This document shows, one piece after another, positions 19,751-29,096 of a stretch of DNA of 52,351 nt. Made by a program: the position numbers and the translations under genes. The stretch covers positions 1-52,351 of the forward strand of contig JALTUB010000068.1 in the NCBI GenBank assembly GCA_027047745.1, written 5' to 3'. Position 1 is the first letter of the stretch. The number at the start of each line of letters is the position of its first letter. Origin of the DNA: Sulfurimonas sp. (GTDB lineage Bacteria > Campylobacterota > Campylobacteria > Campylobacterales > Sulfurimonadaceae). The notes below the pieces were generated by a model. The model saw only the letters and a program-made list of their open reading frames with translations. It was not told the origin of the DNA and did not search any database.

Positions 19751-19966
19751 ATGGCAAAAGATTTAAAAAAGAAAGCAGTTAAAAAAGCTGCTAAGAAAGT
19801 TGTTGCAAAGAAAAAAGCAGCCAAGAAAGTTGTTAAAAAGAAAGTTGCAAAAAAAGTAGCTAAGAAAAAAGCAAAAAAGAAAGCACTTAAGAAAAAAGTA
19901 GCTAAGAAAGCTGCAAAAAAGAAAGTTGTAAAAAAATCTTCAAAGAAAAAAGCAACAAAAAAATAA
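19751..19966 (+). CDS. 71-aa Lys/Ala/Val-rich histone H1-like protein
   Basis: AGGAG RBS at 19741, ATG 19751; 39 of 71 residues are Lys in AKK/VKK repeats with varied codons; own promoter and terminator. Confidence 0.85.
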   Translation: MAKDLKKKAVKKAAKKVVAKKKAAKKVVKKKVAKKVAKKKAKKKALKKKVAKKAAKKKVVKKSSKKKATKK

Positions 19967-19996
19967 AACTTTATGAGGAGAAATCCTCTAAAAGTT
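19967..19996. terminator. hairpin between convergent genes, likely bidirectional terminator
   Basis: AACTTT-AT-GAGGA-GAAA-TCCTC-TA-AAAGTT. Confidence 0.6.
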
Positions 19997-21367
19997 TATG
20001 CTAAATGTAGAACCTATATTCTCTTGACTTTCTACATTTAGTGTAAAGTTATGAAGTTTCGTTAGATTGTTTACTATAAACAGTCCTAGTCCTAGTGAAT
20101 TGTTCCAACTATTTTTATTTGCTCTATAAAACTTATTTGTTATCTTTTGCAAATCTTTTTTACTTATTCCAACACCTGTATCTATTACTTTTAAGCTATC
20201 TTTATCAAACTTAACATGAACTTCATCCTCTGAGTATTTTAGTGCATTTTCTATAAGGTTTGTTACTACTACACAAAACAGAGCCTTGTCTGCTTTTATC
20301 TCTATATCCTTACTTCCCTCGACGATTACTATCTTATTTGGATAAGTAAGTTTGATATTTTCTACAGCATCGTTTATGAGATTATAGAGATTAATATTGA
20401 CTAGGTTCATGGACATTTGCCCACCGTCTAGTCTGATGCTAAGTCTTAGTGTGTCGATAAGTGAACTTAGTTTATTTCCATTATTATGAATCTTGTTCAA
20501 AAATTTATGACGAATATTTTTATTCAAATTCTCATCATCGAGTAGTGTTTGAGAATAACCATTGATTACAGCGATAGGATTTTTAAACTCATGAGATATT
20601 GCAGAGAGTATGTCATCTTTTTGAGTGTTAGATGCTTCGAGTTTGTTTGTATATTTAGATTTCTGTTTCTCTCTCTTAACGATTATTCTTGAAATTTTTG
20701 TTAGAAGTTTTGTGATAAGTTCAAACTCTTTAGAGAACTCTGAAGAGATATAAGTTGATTTTTTTTTAGCAGCTAAATTTCGTAAAAAAGTTGCAATTTT
20801 TTGTGTTTCATACTCTATTTTTATATTTATTTTATAAGTTATAACAAATACTGCGATAAAGAAAATGATGAGTACAGCTAAAATGCTAAGACCAAGAGAG
20901 AAGATTTGAGCGTTGATATTTTTTAACTCTTTTGCGAGTCTAATGTATATTGTGTGATTGTTATATCTGTATTGCTTCGCGATATAGAGTAAGTTCTCTT
21001 TTATAGTTTTTGAGTATCTAATCCTGTATCCATAATCTTCTTTTCTTGACTCAATAATTTCTGGACGATATTTATGATTGTCCATACTTCTTTTGTCTTT
21101 ATGTGATTCTGCGATTATTTCACCATCTGCGTCTATAATTGTTAGTCGTGTATTGAGCTTGTTTTTTATCTGTTTGGCTAGTTTATCTAAGTTTGTACTT
21201 TTATCTATCTCAAATGTTATGATTTCTATATCTTGAATAAGAGATGCTTTTGTCTGCTCTATATAAAAGTCTTTAACCCAATAGTATGTTATACCTCCAA
21301 CAAGCAAAAAAAATGTTACAAATAAAATAATAAATTTTCTAAGTACAAGTTGTTGGAAACTTAGCAA
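19988..21367 (-). CDS. PhoR-like sensor histidine kinase
   Basis: Two TM segments, MDNH..RPEI sensor motif, SHEFKNP H-box, NLIENALKYS, GLGL; inside the pst/phoU cluster. Confidence 0.9.
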   Translation of the reverse strand: MLSFQQLVLRKFIILFVTFFLLVGGITYYWVKDFYIEQTKASLIQDIEIITFEIDKSTNLDKLAKQIKNKLNTRLTIIDADGEIIAESHKDKRSMDNHKYRPEIIESRKEDYGYRIRYSKTIKENLLYIAKQYRYNNHTIYIRLAKELKNINAQIFSLGLSILAVLIIFFIAVFVITYKINIKIEYETQKIATFLRNLAAKKKSTYISSEFSKEFELITKLLTKISRIIVKREKQKSKYTNKLEASNTQKDDILSAISHEFKNPIAVINGYSQTLLDDENLNKNIRHKFLNKIHNNGNKLSSLIDTLRLSIRLDGGQMSMNLVNINLYNLINDAVENIKLTYPNKIVIVEGSKDIEIKADKALFCVVVTNLIENALKYSEDEVHVKFDKDSLKVIDTGVGISKKDLQKITNKFYRANKNSWNNSLGLGLFIVNNLTKLHNFTLNVESQENIGSTFSINF

Positions 21368-22029
21368 AATATATATCCTTCACCACGAATAGCTTGAATG
21401 TAATTTTTTTCTCCAGAAGGGTCTATCTGCTCTTTTAGTCTTTTTATGGCTACATTGACAGTTTTTGATTGTTTATTTAAACTATTTTCCCAAACTCTCT
21501 CTAGCAATATATCGCGTGTTAAAAGAACATCTTTGTTTTTCATAAACTCTAAAAGAAGGTCATGTTCTAAGTGTGTTAGTTTTATCTCTTTGTCTTGGAT
21601 AGTAAAAGTTTTATTGGATGCATGATATGTAATGTCTCTGTGCTTTATAACATCTTGCAATCCACCAGAGCGTTTAATAACTGCTTTAACTCGTGCTTTT
21701 AATTCATTTAGATTAAATGGTTTTGTGATGTAATCATCACCACCACGCTCAAAGCCTTCAAGAATTTGTTCTGAAGAGTCTTTTGCACTTACATAGATAA
21801 CAGGTTGATTGTAGCCCTCTTGCCTTATTTTAGATATATATTGACTACCCTCAACCCCAGGTAAGTTTCTATCCATTAAGATAAGAGAGACATCCTCTTC
21901 ATCAAGAATATCTTTTATGTTAGAAGTGTCTATGCAGGTAATAACATCATAACCATCTTTAGAGAGGGTGTATTCCATTAGGTCTAAGATGTCTTCTGAA
22001 TCTTCAACGATTAAAACTGTATTATTCAT
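21361..22029 (-). CDS. PhoB/OmpR-family response regulator
   Basis: IVEDS, LMDRNLPG, DDYITKPF, winged-helix IRGEGY. Confidence 0.92.
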   Translation of the reverse strand: MNNTVLIVEDSEDILDLMEYTLSKDGYDVITCIDTSNIKDILDEEDVSLILMDRNLPGVEGSQYISKIRQEGYNQPVIYVSAKDSSEQILEGFERGGDDYITKPFNLNELKARVKAVIKRSGGLQDVIKHRDITYHASNKTFTIQDKEIKLTHLEHDLLLEFMKNKDVLLTRDILLERVWENSLNKQSKTVNVAIKRLKEQIDPSGEKNYIQAIRGEGYIFC

Positions 22030-22047
22030 GATAATATTATAACCAAT

Positions 22048-22707
22048 TTAGTTACGGAAGTTTCCACCGATTTTTGCATATACAAGAAGATTTGCAATAC
22101 TGATACTTCTTGCCGCAATCTTTCCACTTTTTCTTAATGCTCTTAACATCTTATGAAATTTTTCAAAACTGCTTGAGTCACTTATCTGAATAGATAAATT
22201 TCTTTCTACCATCTCATATAAGTCATCAGTTTTATTCTCTTCGATTAGAACATCGTTATATATATCTTGTATCTCGTCATCATCATCACAAGTTATCATG
22301 CTTATAGTTGACCTTATGGCAGAAACTGTTGCTGTTTGCATAGGTACTGCATACTCAGTAATAGTTTTAGTATCAACATCCTTGCAAACACCCATAAAAC
22401 CTCTGATAAAACTTCTAGTGTTTGAAGAGGCTCTTGAGAGTTCATTTGTGATTTTAAGATAGGCTATTACTTGTCTTAAATCTCTGGCTTCTGGAGTGTA
22501 AAGTGCTAGTACTTTTATGATGGCATTGTCTATCTCATCTGTTTTTGAATTAACATTTTTTATTTTAGAACGAGCCTCTGAGAATTTGTCTGCATCGCAA
22601 TCATTTAATGCAGATAAAATCAACTCATTTGCATCCAATAGTCCAGTTCCTAAAGCGATTAATTTAGTTTTTATATCGTCTAAATTTGTTTGAAAAGTTT
22701 GTATCAT
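22048..22707 (-). CDS. phoU: phosphate signalling protein PhoU
   Basis: P.ARDLR..IA.LKI.NEL, E.KTDDLY repeats; follows pstB. Confidence 0.88.
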   Translation of the reverse strand: MIQTFQTNLDDIKTKLIALGTGLLDANELILSALNDCDADKFSEARSKIKNVNSKTDEIDNAIIKVLALYTPEARDLRQVIAYLKITNELSRASSNTRSFIRGFMGVCKDVDTKTITEYAVPMQTATVSAIRSTISMITCDDDDEIQDIYNDVLIEENKTDDLYEMVERNLSIQISDSSSFEKFHKMLRALRKSGKIAARSISIANLLVYAKIGGNFRN

Positions 22708-22736
22708 TTTTATATCCTTTTTTTAATATCTGATTC

Positions 22737-23519
22737 CTAGCCGAATCGACCAGTAATATAATCTTCTGTTCTTTTTTCTTTAGGATTTAAGAAGATATTT
22801 TCTGTTTTATCATACTCTATCAAGTCACCTAAATACATAAATGCTGTAAAATCACTTATACGAGATGCTTGTTGCATGTTATGTGTAACTATGGCAACAC
22901 TAACATCTTTTTTAAGTTCAACTATAAGCTCTTCAATAGCTCCTGTAGAGATTGGGTCAAGTGCAGAGGTTGGTTCATCAAAAAGAAGCACCTCTGGTTT
23001 TACAGCAACAGCACGAGCTATACATAAACGCTGTTGTTGCCCACCTGAGAGTCCCATAGCCGACTTATCTAGTCTGTCATGAACCTCCTTCCATAGAGCA
23101 GAACCTTTTAGTGAAGCTTCTACTCTATCAGAGAGTTCTGTTTTGTTCTTGATACCTGCGATTTTAAGACCATAAGCAACATTATCAAATATGCTCATAG
23201 GAAATGGTGTTGGTTTTTGAAAAATCATACCAACTTTTTGGCGTAATTCTATAAACTCATTCTCTTTTTTAATCTCTAAAATATTTTTATATTTATTTGT
23301 TTGTAGATCTAAAAGCTCAATCTTTCCATCATATTTGTTTCCTGGATAGAGATCATGTATCCTGTTCATAGAACGAAGAAGTGTTGATTTTCCACAACCA
23401 CTTGGACCTATTAGAGCCGTTATCTGATTTTTTTCTATTGGTAGAGTAATATTGTTTAGTGAAGGCTCATCCACCCCTGGGTAGGTAAAAGAGAACTTTT
23501 TGATATTCATAACTGACAT
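22737..23519 (-). CDS. pstB: phosphate ABC transporter ATPase
   Basis: [41 protein letters not shown]. Confidence 0.97.
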   Translation of the reverse strand: MSVMNIKKFSFTYPGVDEPSLNNITLPIEKNQITALIGPSGCGKSTLLRSMNRIHDLYPGNKYDGKIELLDLQTNKYKNILEIKKENEFIELRQKVGMIFQKPTPFPMSIFDNVAYGLKIAGIKNKTELSDRVEASLKGSALWKEVHDRLDKSAMGLSGGQQQRLCIARAVAVKPEVLLFDEPTSALDPISTGAIEELIVELKKDVSVAIVTHNMQQASRISDFTAFMYLGDLIEYDKTENIFLNPKEKRTEDYITGRFG

Positions 23520-23529
23520 AATATTTTCC

Positions 23530-24336
23530 TTATTTTTTATTTCTTGTGATAAATTTACCTGTGAGGTTTATGATAAGCACCATGACAGTAAGTATAAAAG
23601 AGGCTGCCCATGCTAAATCTCGACTACTTGTTTGCACATCACTAGCTAAATCATAAATACTTACGCTGAGTGATGGAAATGCGTGCGTCATATCTAATGA
23701 AAAGTAGTTACTCGTTTGTGAGGTAAAAAGTAGTGGTGCAGTTTCACCGACGATTCTTGCAAAAGCTAGTAGTATTCCTGTCATGATTCCGACTTTAGCA
23801 GCTTTTATGACAATATCTAAAATAACTCGATATTTGGAAGCTCCAAGTGCTATTCCCGCTTCACGCAACTCTTTTGGAACAAGAGAGAGCATAGAGTCTG
23901 TTGTGCTGATGACGATAGGAATCATCATAATAGCAAGAGCAATAGAACCTGCAAAACCACTTGTATGCCCTGTTGGAACGACTATGATGGCATAAACGAA
24001 AGCACCAATGACGATAGAGGGTGCGCTCATCATGATGTCGCTAAGGTTTCTGATTATGTTTGCATATCTCCCTCGTCCATATTCACGAATGTAAATACCA
24101 GCAATCATTCCAAGAGGAATACCAATAACACTTGCAAAACCTGCTAAGATAAATTGCCCTATAATAAGGTTACGAAGACCATTGTCTATTAAATCTGTAA
24201 TAAAAAGAGAAAAATGGAATGAACTGAGACCTTTTATAAAAAGGGTAACCAAAATCCATGCTAAAAAGCTAAGTCCAATAACTGCAGAGATGGTAGAGAG
24301 TGTTAAAACTATTTTATTTATTAGAAGTCTCTTCAT
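23530..24336 (-). CDS. pstA: phosphate ABC transporter permease
   Basis: [18 protein letters not shown]. Confidence 0.95.
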   Translation of the reverse strand: MKRLLINKIVLTLSTISAVIGLSFLAWILVTLFIKGLSSFHFSLFITDLIDNGLRNLIIGQFILAGFASVIGIPLGMIAGIYIREYGRGRYANIIRNLSDIMMSAPSIVIGAFVYAIIVVPTGHTSGFAGSIALAIMMIPIVISTTDSMLSLVPKELREAGIALGASKYRVILDIVIKAAKVGIMTGILLAFARIVGETAPLLFTSQTSNYFSLDMTHAFPSLSVSIYDLASDVQTSSRDLAWAASFILTVMVLIINLTGKFITRNKK

Positions 24337-25301
24337 TAGTTAGCCTTTCTTAAAAAGAAGAATTTTGCAAAAGAGATAACAGCAAAACTCATGATAAACA
24401 GAATAAGTGCAAGATAAAAGAGGGAACTCATACCAAGTCCACTTGCTTCTCCAAAGTTGTTTGCTAGTGCAACTGGGATGGAAATTGTCGGGTCGGTAAT
24501 CTTGTGTGGAAGTTCAAAAATAGAACCAATAAGAAATGCAACTGCCATAGTCTCCCCAAGTGCACGACCAAGTGAGAGAATGATAGAACCGATAATACCA
24601 ACTTTTGAGTATGGAAAAATAACATCTTTAATAACTTCAAATTTTGTTGCACCAAGAGCATAGGCAGACTCTTTTAGTATATCAGGAGTCGTATTCATGG
24701 AGTCTCTTGTAATTGCTGCCATAAATGGAAGAATCATGACGCCTAAAACAAGTCCAGCCGTGAGTAGTGAGACTTGAAAACCTCCAAATAAATTAGCTAC
24801 AATAGGGGCAAAATAGTAAAGCCCCCACATCCCAAAAATAATACTTGGAATGGCGGCTAGAAGTTCAATAGCACCTCCAACAAAAGAAGAAATATTTTTT
24901 GGAGCTATTTCAGCTAAAAATATTGCTATTCCCATAGCAATCGGCATAGCAAATGCAAGTGCTATAAGTGTTGAAAGAATTGTTCCAACAAGTGGTACTA
25001 AACCACCATAAATAGTTTTTGTCGGGGTATCATCTTCATCTTCCATCATCATACCATCGTCATCATCACCATAGTCGTTTGGGTTTACTTCTTCAGAAGT
25101 ATCTGCTACTGCCTTGACATTATTTACCTGAGATGTTGTAATGGGTACTTCTTTATTCCATGATGAGTCTGAAATGAAGTGCAAACCAAATTCATTAAGT
25201 GCAGGCTGTGCCGTGTTGAAAAGTGTAATAAAAATCCCAAGAAGAATAATGAACACTAATGTTGCACTTAAAAAAGAGATTTTTTGAAAGATTTTTTCCA
25301 T
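24336..25301 (-). CDS. pstC: phosphate ABC transporter permease with an acidic loop insertion
   Basis: ELLAAIPSIIFG.WG, GRALGETMAV. Confidence 0.95.
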   Translation of the reverse strand: MEKIFQKISFLSATLVFIILLGIFITLFNTAQPALNEFGLHFISDSSWNKEVPITTSQVNNVKAVADTSEEVNPNDYGDDDDGMMMEDEDDTPTKTIYGGLVPLVGTILSTLIALAFAMPIAMGIAIFLAEIAPKNISSFVGGAIELLAAIPSIIFGMWGLYYFAPIVANLFGGFQVSLLTAGLVLGVMILPFMAAITRDSMNTTPDILKESAYALGATKFEVIKDVIFPYSKVGIIGSIILSLGRALGETMAVAFLIGSIFELPHKITDPTISIPVALANNFGEASGLGMSSLFYLALILFIMSFAVISFAKFFFLRKAN

Positions 25302-25330
25302 ATTTAAACCTAATTGTAATTAATAGCGAT

Positions 25331-25364
25331 ATTATAGTGAAAGTTGATTACAAGTAGATTACAA
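25331..25364 (-). promoter_or_regulatory. Pho-box-like promoter of pstCAB
   Basis: minus strand TGTAATC-TACT-TGTAATC-N9-TATAAT. Confidence 0.8.
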
Positions 25365-25385
25365 GGATTTTAAATATAGATAAAG

Positions 25386-25411
25386 TACCACACAAGAGAT
25401 ATTGTGTGGTA
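25386..25411 (-). terminator. hairpin downstream of pstS (terminator or mRNA stabiliser)
   Basis: TACCACACAA-GAGATA-TTGTGTGGTA, followed on the minus strand by CTTTAT. Confidence 0.65.
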
Positions 25412-25455
25412 TGTGAAATTTGTTGTTAAGGGGAATAAAATTTAATAATTTGAGT

Positions 25456-26460
25456 TTATTTTATACCTTTAACCTCCCAATACTTTCTGATTTTGTTTGT
25501 TAAAGAGTTTGGTAATGGAACATAGCCAAGACTAGAAGCGATGTCTGCACCATTTTTATATGACCAGTTGTAGAATGCTGTTACTTTTTTATCCATAGCT
25601 TTATGCTCTTTTGGTAAAAGAATAAAAGTTGCTGCTACGATAGGGTAAGATTTTGCACCTGCAGGGTCTGCGATGATAGCATAGAAATCTTTTCTTGGAT
25701 CAAAACTAGCTTTTGCAGCACTCTCTTGAAATGATTTAAGAGTAGGTTTAATGTAGTAACCTTCTCTATTTTCAACTGTTGCCATAGTAATACCATTTGA
25801 TTTTGCATCAGCATAGTCCATATAACCTACAGAGTATGGAGTTTGTTTGATAAGTGCGCCAACACCAGGGTTTCCTTTACCACCAACATGGTGATCACCA
25901 GGCCAAGTTACAGATTTTCTTGCACCAAATGCTTTTCTCCACTCAAGGTTACTTTTTGCAAGGTAGTAAGTAAAGTTAAATGTAGTTCCACTCGCATCTG
26001 AACGGTGAACAAATGTTAATTTTTTATGTGGTAAATGTGCAGTAGGGTTACTCATAGTAATAAGTTTATTATCCCAGTATTTAATGTGACCTAAAGCGAT
26101 TTCAGCAATGGCTGCACGGCTTAGTTTTATGTCATTATGATTTGGAATATTGTATGCCATTGTAATCGCACCAACAACTGCAGGGAATTGGTAAAGCTTA
26201 TGTTTTTTGAGTGTTCTTGGAGTAAGAGGTTTATCACTACCACCGAAGTTTGATTGTCTCGCTTCAATGTGTTTGATACCAGCTCCAGAACCTTCACTGA
26301 TATAGTTGATTTTAATACCAGTCTCTTTATTGTATGCTTTAATCCATTGTTGATAAACAGAATAAGGAAAAGAAGCTCCACTTCCTTTGATTACATCATT
26401 TGCCGAAAGAGCACCAGCTAAAACTGAAGTTGCAAGAGCAAGTTTAAGTAATTTTGTCAT
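25456..26460 (-). CDS. pstS: phosphate-binding periplasmic protein
   Basis: signal peptide; GSGASFP, GSGAG, HRSDASGTT, YPI. Confidence 0.96.
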   Translation of the reverse strand: MTKLLKLALATSVLAGALSANDVIKGSGASFPYSVYQQWIKAYNKETGIKINYISEGSGAGIKHIEARQSNFGGSDKPLTPRTLKKHKLYQFPAVVGAITMAYNIPNHNDIKLSRAAIAEIALGHIKYWDNKLITMSNPTAHLPHKKLTFVHRSDASGTTFNFTYYLAKSNLEWRKAFGARKSVTWPGDHHVGGKGNPGVGALIKQTPYSVGYMDYADAKSNGITMATVENREGYYIKPTLKSFQESAAKASFDPRKDFYAIIADPAGAKSYPIVAATFILLPKEHKAMDKKVTAFYNWSYKNGADIASSLGYVPLPNSLTNKIRKYWEVKGIK

Positions 26461-26490
26461 TTGTTACACCTTTTAAATTTAAGTTGTGGA

Positions 26491-26524
26491 AGTATAAAAC
26501 AGTTTGGTTACAAAAAGATTACAA
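26491..26524 (-). promoter_or_regulatory. Pho-box-like promoter of pstS
   Basis: minus strand TGTAATC-TTTT-TGTAACC-N9-TATACT. Confidence 0.8.
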
Positions 26525-26533
26525 ATTTGTTTG

Positions 26534-27682
26534 TTAAAACTTTATAATAACATCTAACTGAACACGCTCATAATCTGCTGCTGGCTTTCCAACTTTTTTT
26601 CCTGCAAAAAGTGTATCAAAAAAGAATGCTCCAGCAAGGTATGTGTTTTTGCCAAATTTATATTTTGCTCTTATAGCATGTCCCTTAGCTGCAGTACCAC
26701 CACCAAAATTATCCGAATCACTATGCGCACCTAACACTGCATCTGCTTGCAGATCAGTATAAGAGTATTTCAGTTGCCAATCATGAACTTTTTTCGCCTT
26801 ACCTATTTGGACTGCTAAATCATACCCAAAGTTTTTATCACTAGCTGCAGCGTTATATGCCATCCCTGCAGCAACTGCAAGCGGTTTACCAAAGAGATCT
26901 TTGAATTTGAGTTCTCCAAATGCTTCTAAAATATTGTAATTGTTTTTAAATACACCATTTACTAAAGTATTACCCATTCCTGTACCTTTGTTGGTGTTAT
27001 AAATAGGTGTGTTTCCCTTAACTCCATCGTAGTAATAAATAGCTGTACCTATATTTAATTGAGAATTTTCTAATTTAATTTTTTGTACATATTGTGCAAA
27101 AAAGAGGTTAATGGTATTTTTAGCATTAACCTGTTCTGCATATGTTGGTTGATTGATACCTGCATTAATGATACGAGAGTCATTCTCATAGTTATAACTT
27201 ACACCATTGAATGAAATATCATTATCCCAAATAAGCTGTGATTTGATTGGTCTATATATCATATAGGGATGTCTTCCAACTTTTAGAGTGGAGTCTTCAT
27301 TCTTATATGCAATATCTAAAATGTTAAATCTCAATGACTCCCAAAAGTAATCACTTAAAGCTTTATTATCTAGAAATGTTTGATTACCGGAAGTTGGATT
27401 TGCATATCCACTTCTCATACCAATATCAAATTTTAGATTTTGCACTAAATCAACAGCTGCTACTAGTCGTAACCTATATCTGTTGTGATAAGTATATTTG
27501 TTTGTAGTGTCAGTTCCATCTTTATAGTAAGTCTCTTTACTTTCATAGCGTAATCTGAGATCGCCTTTGAAATGAAATCTATCTAAAATTTTTTCTTCTG
27601 TATTTGTTACTGTTTGTGCGTTAACAACTGTTCCTAAAGTTAAAGCTGTTAAAATAACTCCCCTCATTTTTTTAGTTGCCAT
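26534..27682 (-). CDS. putative outer-membrane porin
   Basis: signal peptide, GDLRLRYE...RYRLRL, alternating beta-strand pattern, C-terminal Phe (DVIIKF). Confidence 0.85.
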   Translation of the reverse strand: MATKKMRGVILTALTLGTVVNAQTVTNTEEKILDRFHFKGDLRLRYESKETYYKDGTDTTNKYTYHNRYRLRLVAAVDLVQNLKFDIGMRSGYANPTSGNQTFLDNKALSDYFWESLRFNILDIAYKNEDSTLKVGRHPYMIYRPIKSQLIWDNDISFNGVSYNYENDSRIINAGINQPTYAEQVNAKNTINLFFAQYVQKIKLENSQLNIGTAIYYYDGVKGNTPIYNTNKGTGMGNTLVNGVFKNNYNILEAFGELKFKDLFGKPLAVAAGMAYNAAASDKNFGYDLAVQIGKAKKVHDWQLKYSYTDLQADAVLGAHSDSDNFGGGTAAKGHAIRAKYKFGKNTYLAGAFFFDTLFAGKKVGKPAADYERVQLDVIIKF

Positions 27683-27715
27683 AACTTCTCCTTTTTATTG
27701 TGACTTGATGTCCTA

Positions 27716-27749
27716 ATAATAGAAAAAGAAGATTACAATATGGTTACAA
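27716..27749 (-). promoter_or_regulatory. Pho-box-like promoter of the leftward porin
   Basis: minus strand TGTAACC-ATAT-TGTAATC-N9-TATTAT. Confidence 0.75.
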
Positions 27750-27763
27750 AAGCAGACTCCTTT

Positions 27764-27796
27764 TGTAATCGTTATGTAATCAAGAGTTTCTATACT
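27764..27796 (+). promoter_or_regulatory. Pho-box-like promoter of the rightward porin
   Basis: TGTAATC-GTTA-TGTAATC-N9-TATACT. Confidence 0.8.
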
Positions 27797-27826
27797 TTCG
27801 CCATCAAACAAAAAGGAAATTACAAA

Positions 27827-29041
27827 ATGAAAAAAATCGTTCTATCAAGCTTAGTTGCTTTAACTTTAGGTACAGTAGCTGCAAATGCAGGTGCTACAAA
27901 ATTATATCAAGATGAAAATGGTCAAGTTTTTACTCAAGCAGGTGAAGGTCGCACAGCGATTAAAACTGATACATCAGTATTTTCTCATGCTGATAAACTA
28001 AAATTTGATGGGCAAGCATTTATTGGGTATAAATATACTGATTATGCAAATGCAGCTACACAAGATACTCAAGATTTTGAAATTCGTCGTGGATATTTTC
28101 AATTGAAAGCGTATTTATTAGATGACCCTAAATCTTATTATCGTGTTACAATGGATTTAACTAGAGAAACTGATAGTTTTAATGCTAATGGTACTGGAGC
28201 ATCATTAAAAGCAAGTACAAATGGTAGTATGGTTGTTCGTGCAAAATATGCGTACTTAAACCTTCATAATGTTTTACCAGTTACATCATTAGAAATTGGT
28301 TTGGCACACCGTCCTTGGCATGATTATGAAGAGCATAACTCTTGGATGTTCAGAAGTATCTCTGAAATTTTAATTGAAAATGGAAATTCTGCACATATTT
28401 CAAGTTCAGCTGATTTTGGTGTAATGGCAAAAACGAGAACAAAATATTTTGATGCTGATTATGGAATTTTCAATGGGGAAGGGTATCACTCTGCACAAGT
28501 TTCAAATGGTATGAGCTTGGAATGGAGATTTACAGGTCACTTACTTGGAACACATGGCCATCCTGATACAAATACATATCTTGATGCTTCTTTCTTTGGT
28601 CAATTAAATCAAAAACACTCTTTGAATAGCGTAACAAACGAATATGATGACTTAGACTTTTATGGTTTTCATACAGTCTTTAATATGCCAGCATTTTTAG
28701 CATCAGCGCAATATGTAACTTCAACAGATACCTCAAGCAATTCATCTGCAACAGGTGCAGCTTCTAAAGGTTCAGGTAGTGGTTACTCATTCAATGTTGA
28801 AGGTCGTATAGGTGAAGAACATCAGTACAAAGCATTTGCAAGAGTTGATAAATGGACACCAGATGTAGTAAGTGGTGCAAAAAAATATGCTAAAAATACT
28901 TATATTGGTGGTGTAGCTTGGAGACAAAATTCAAATGTTGAATGGGTAGCGAATGTTACTATTGATGACAATGACCATGCAACGGGAACTGCTAGTCCTA
29001 AAAGTACATCTTATATGCTAACAACACAAATAGACTTCTAG
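27827..29041 (+). CDS. putative phosphate-selective (OprO/OprP-like) porin
   Basis: start moved to MKKIV (AAGGA RBS); signal peptide, FEIRRGYF motif, GIFNGEG, C-terminal Phe (TTQIDF). Confidence 0.8.
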   Translation: MKKIVLSSLVALTLGTVAANAGATKLYQDENGQVFTQAGEGRTAIKTDTSVFSHADKLKFDGQAFIGYKYTDYANAATQDTQDFEIRRGYFQLKAYLLDDPKSYYRVTMDLTRETDSFNANGTGASLKASTNGSMVVRAKYAYLNLHNVLPVTSLEIGLAHRPWHDYEEHNSWMFRSISEILIENGNSAHISSSADFGVMAKTRTKYFDADYGIFNGEGYHSAQVSNGMSLEWRFTGHLLGTHGHPDTNTYLDASFFGQLNQKHSLNSVTNEYDDLDFYGFHTVFNMPAFLASAQYVTSTDTSSNSSATGAASKGSGSGYSFNVEGRIGEEHQYKAFARVDKWTPDVVSGAKKYAKNTYIGGVAWRQNSNVEWVANVTIDDNDHATGTASPKSTSYMLTTQIDF

Positions 29042-29096
29042 TCATAATTTTATGATATAAATGATATAATCACACCAAATTAATATAGGTGAGTTT

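Noticed and set aside
22042-22070. Pho box upstream of the response regulator
   Set aside because: Only a partial half-site (GTTAC), off by one base and without a second repeat
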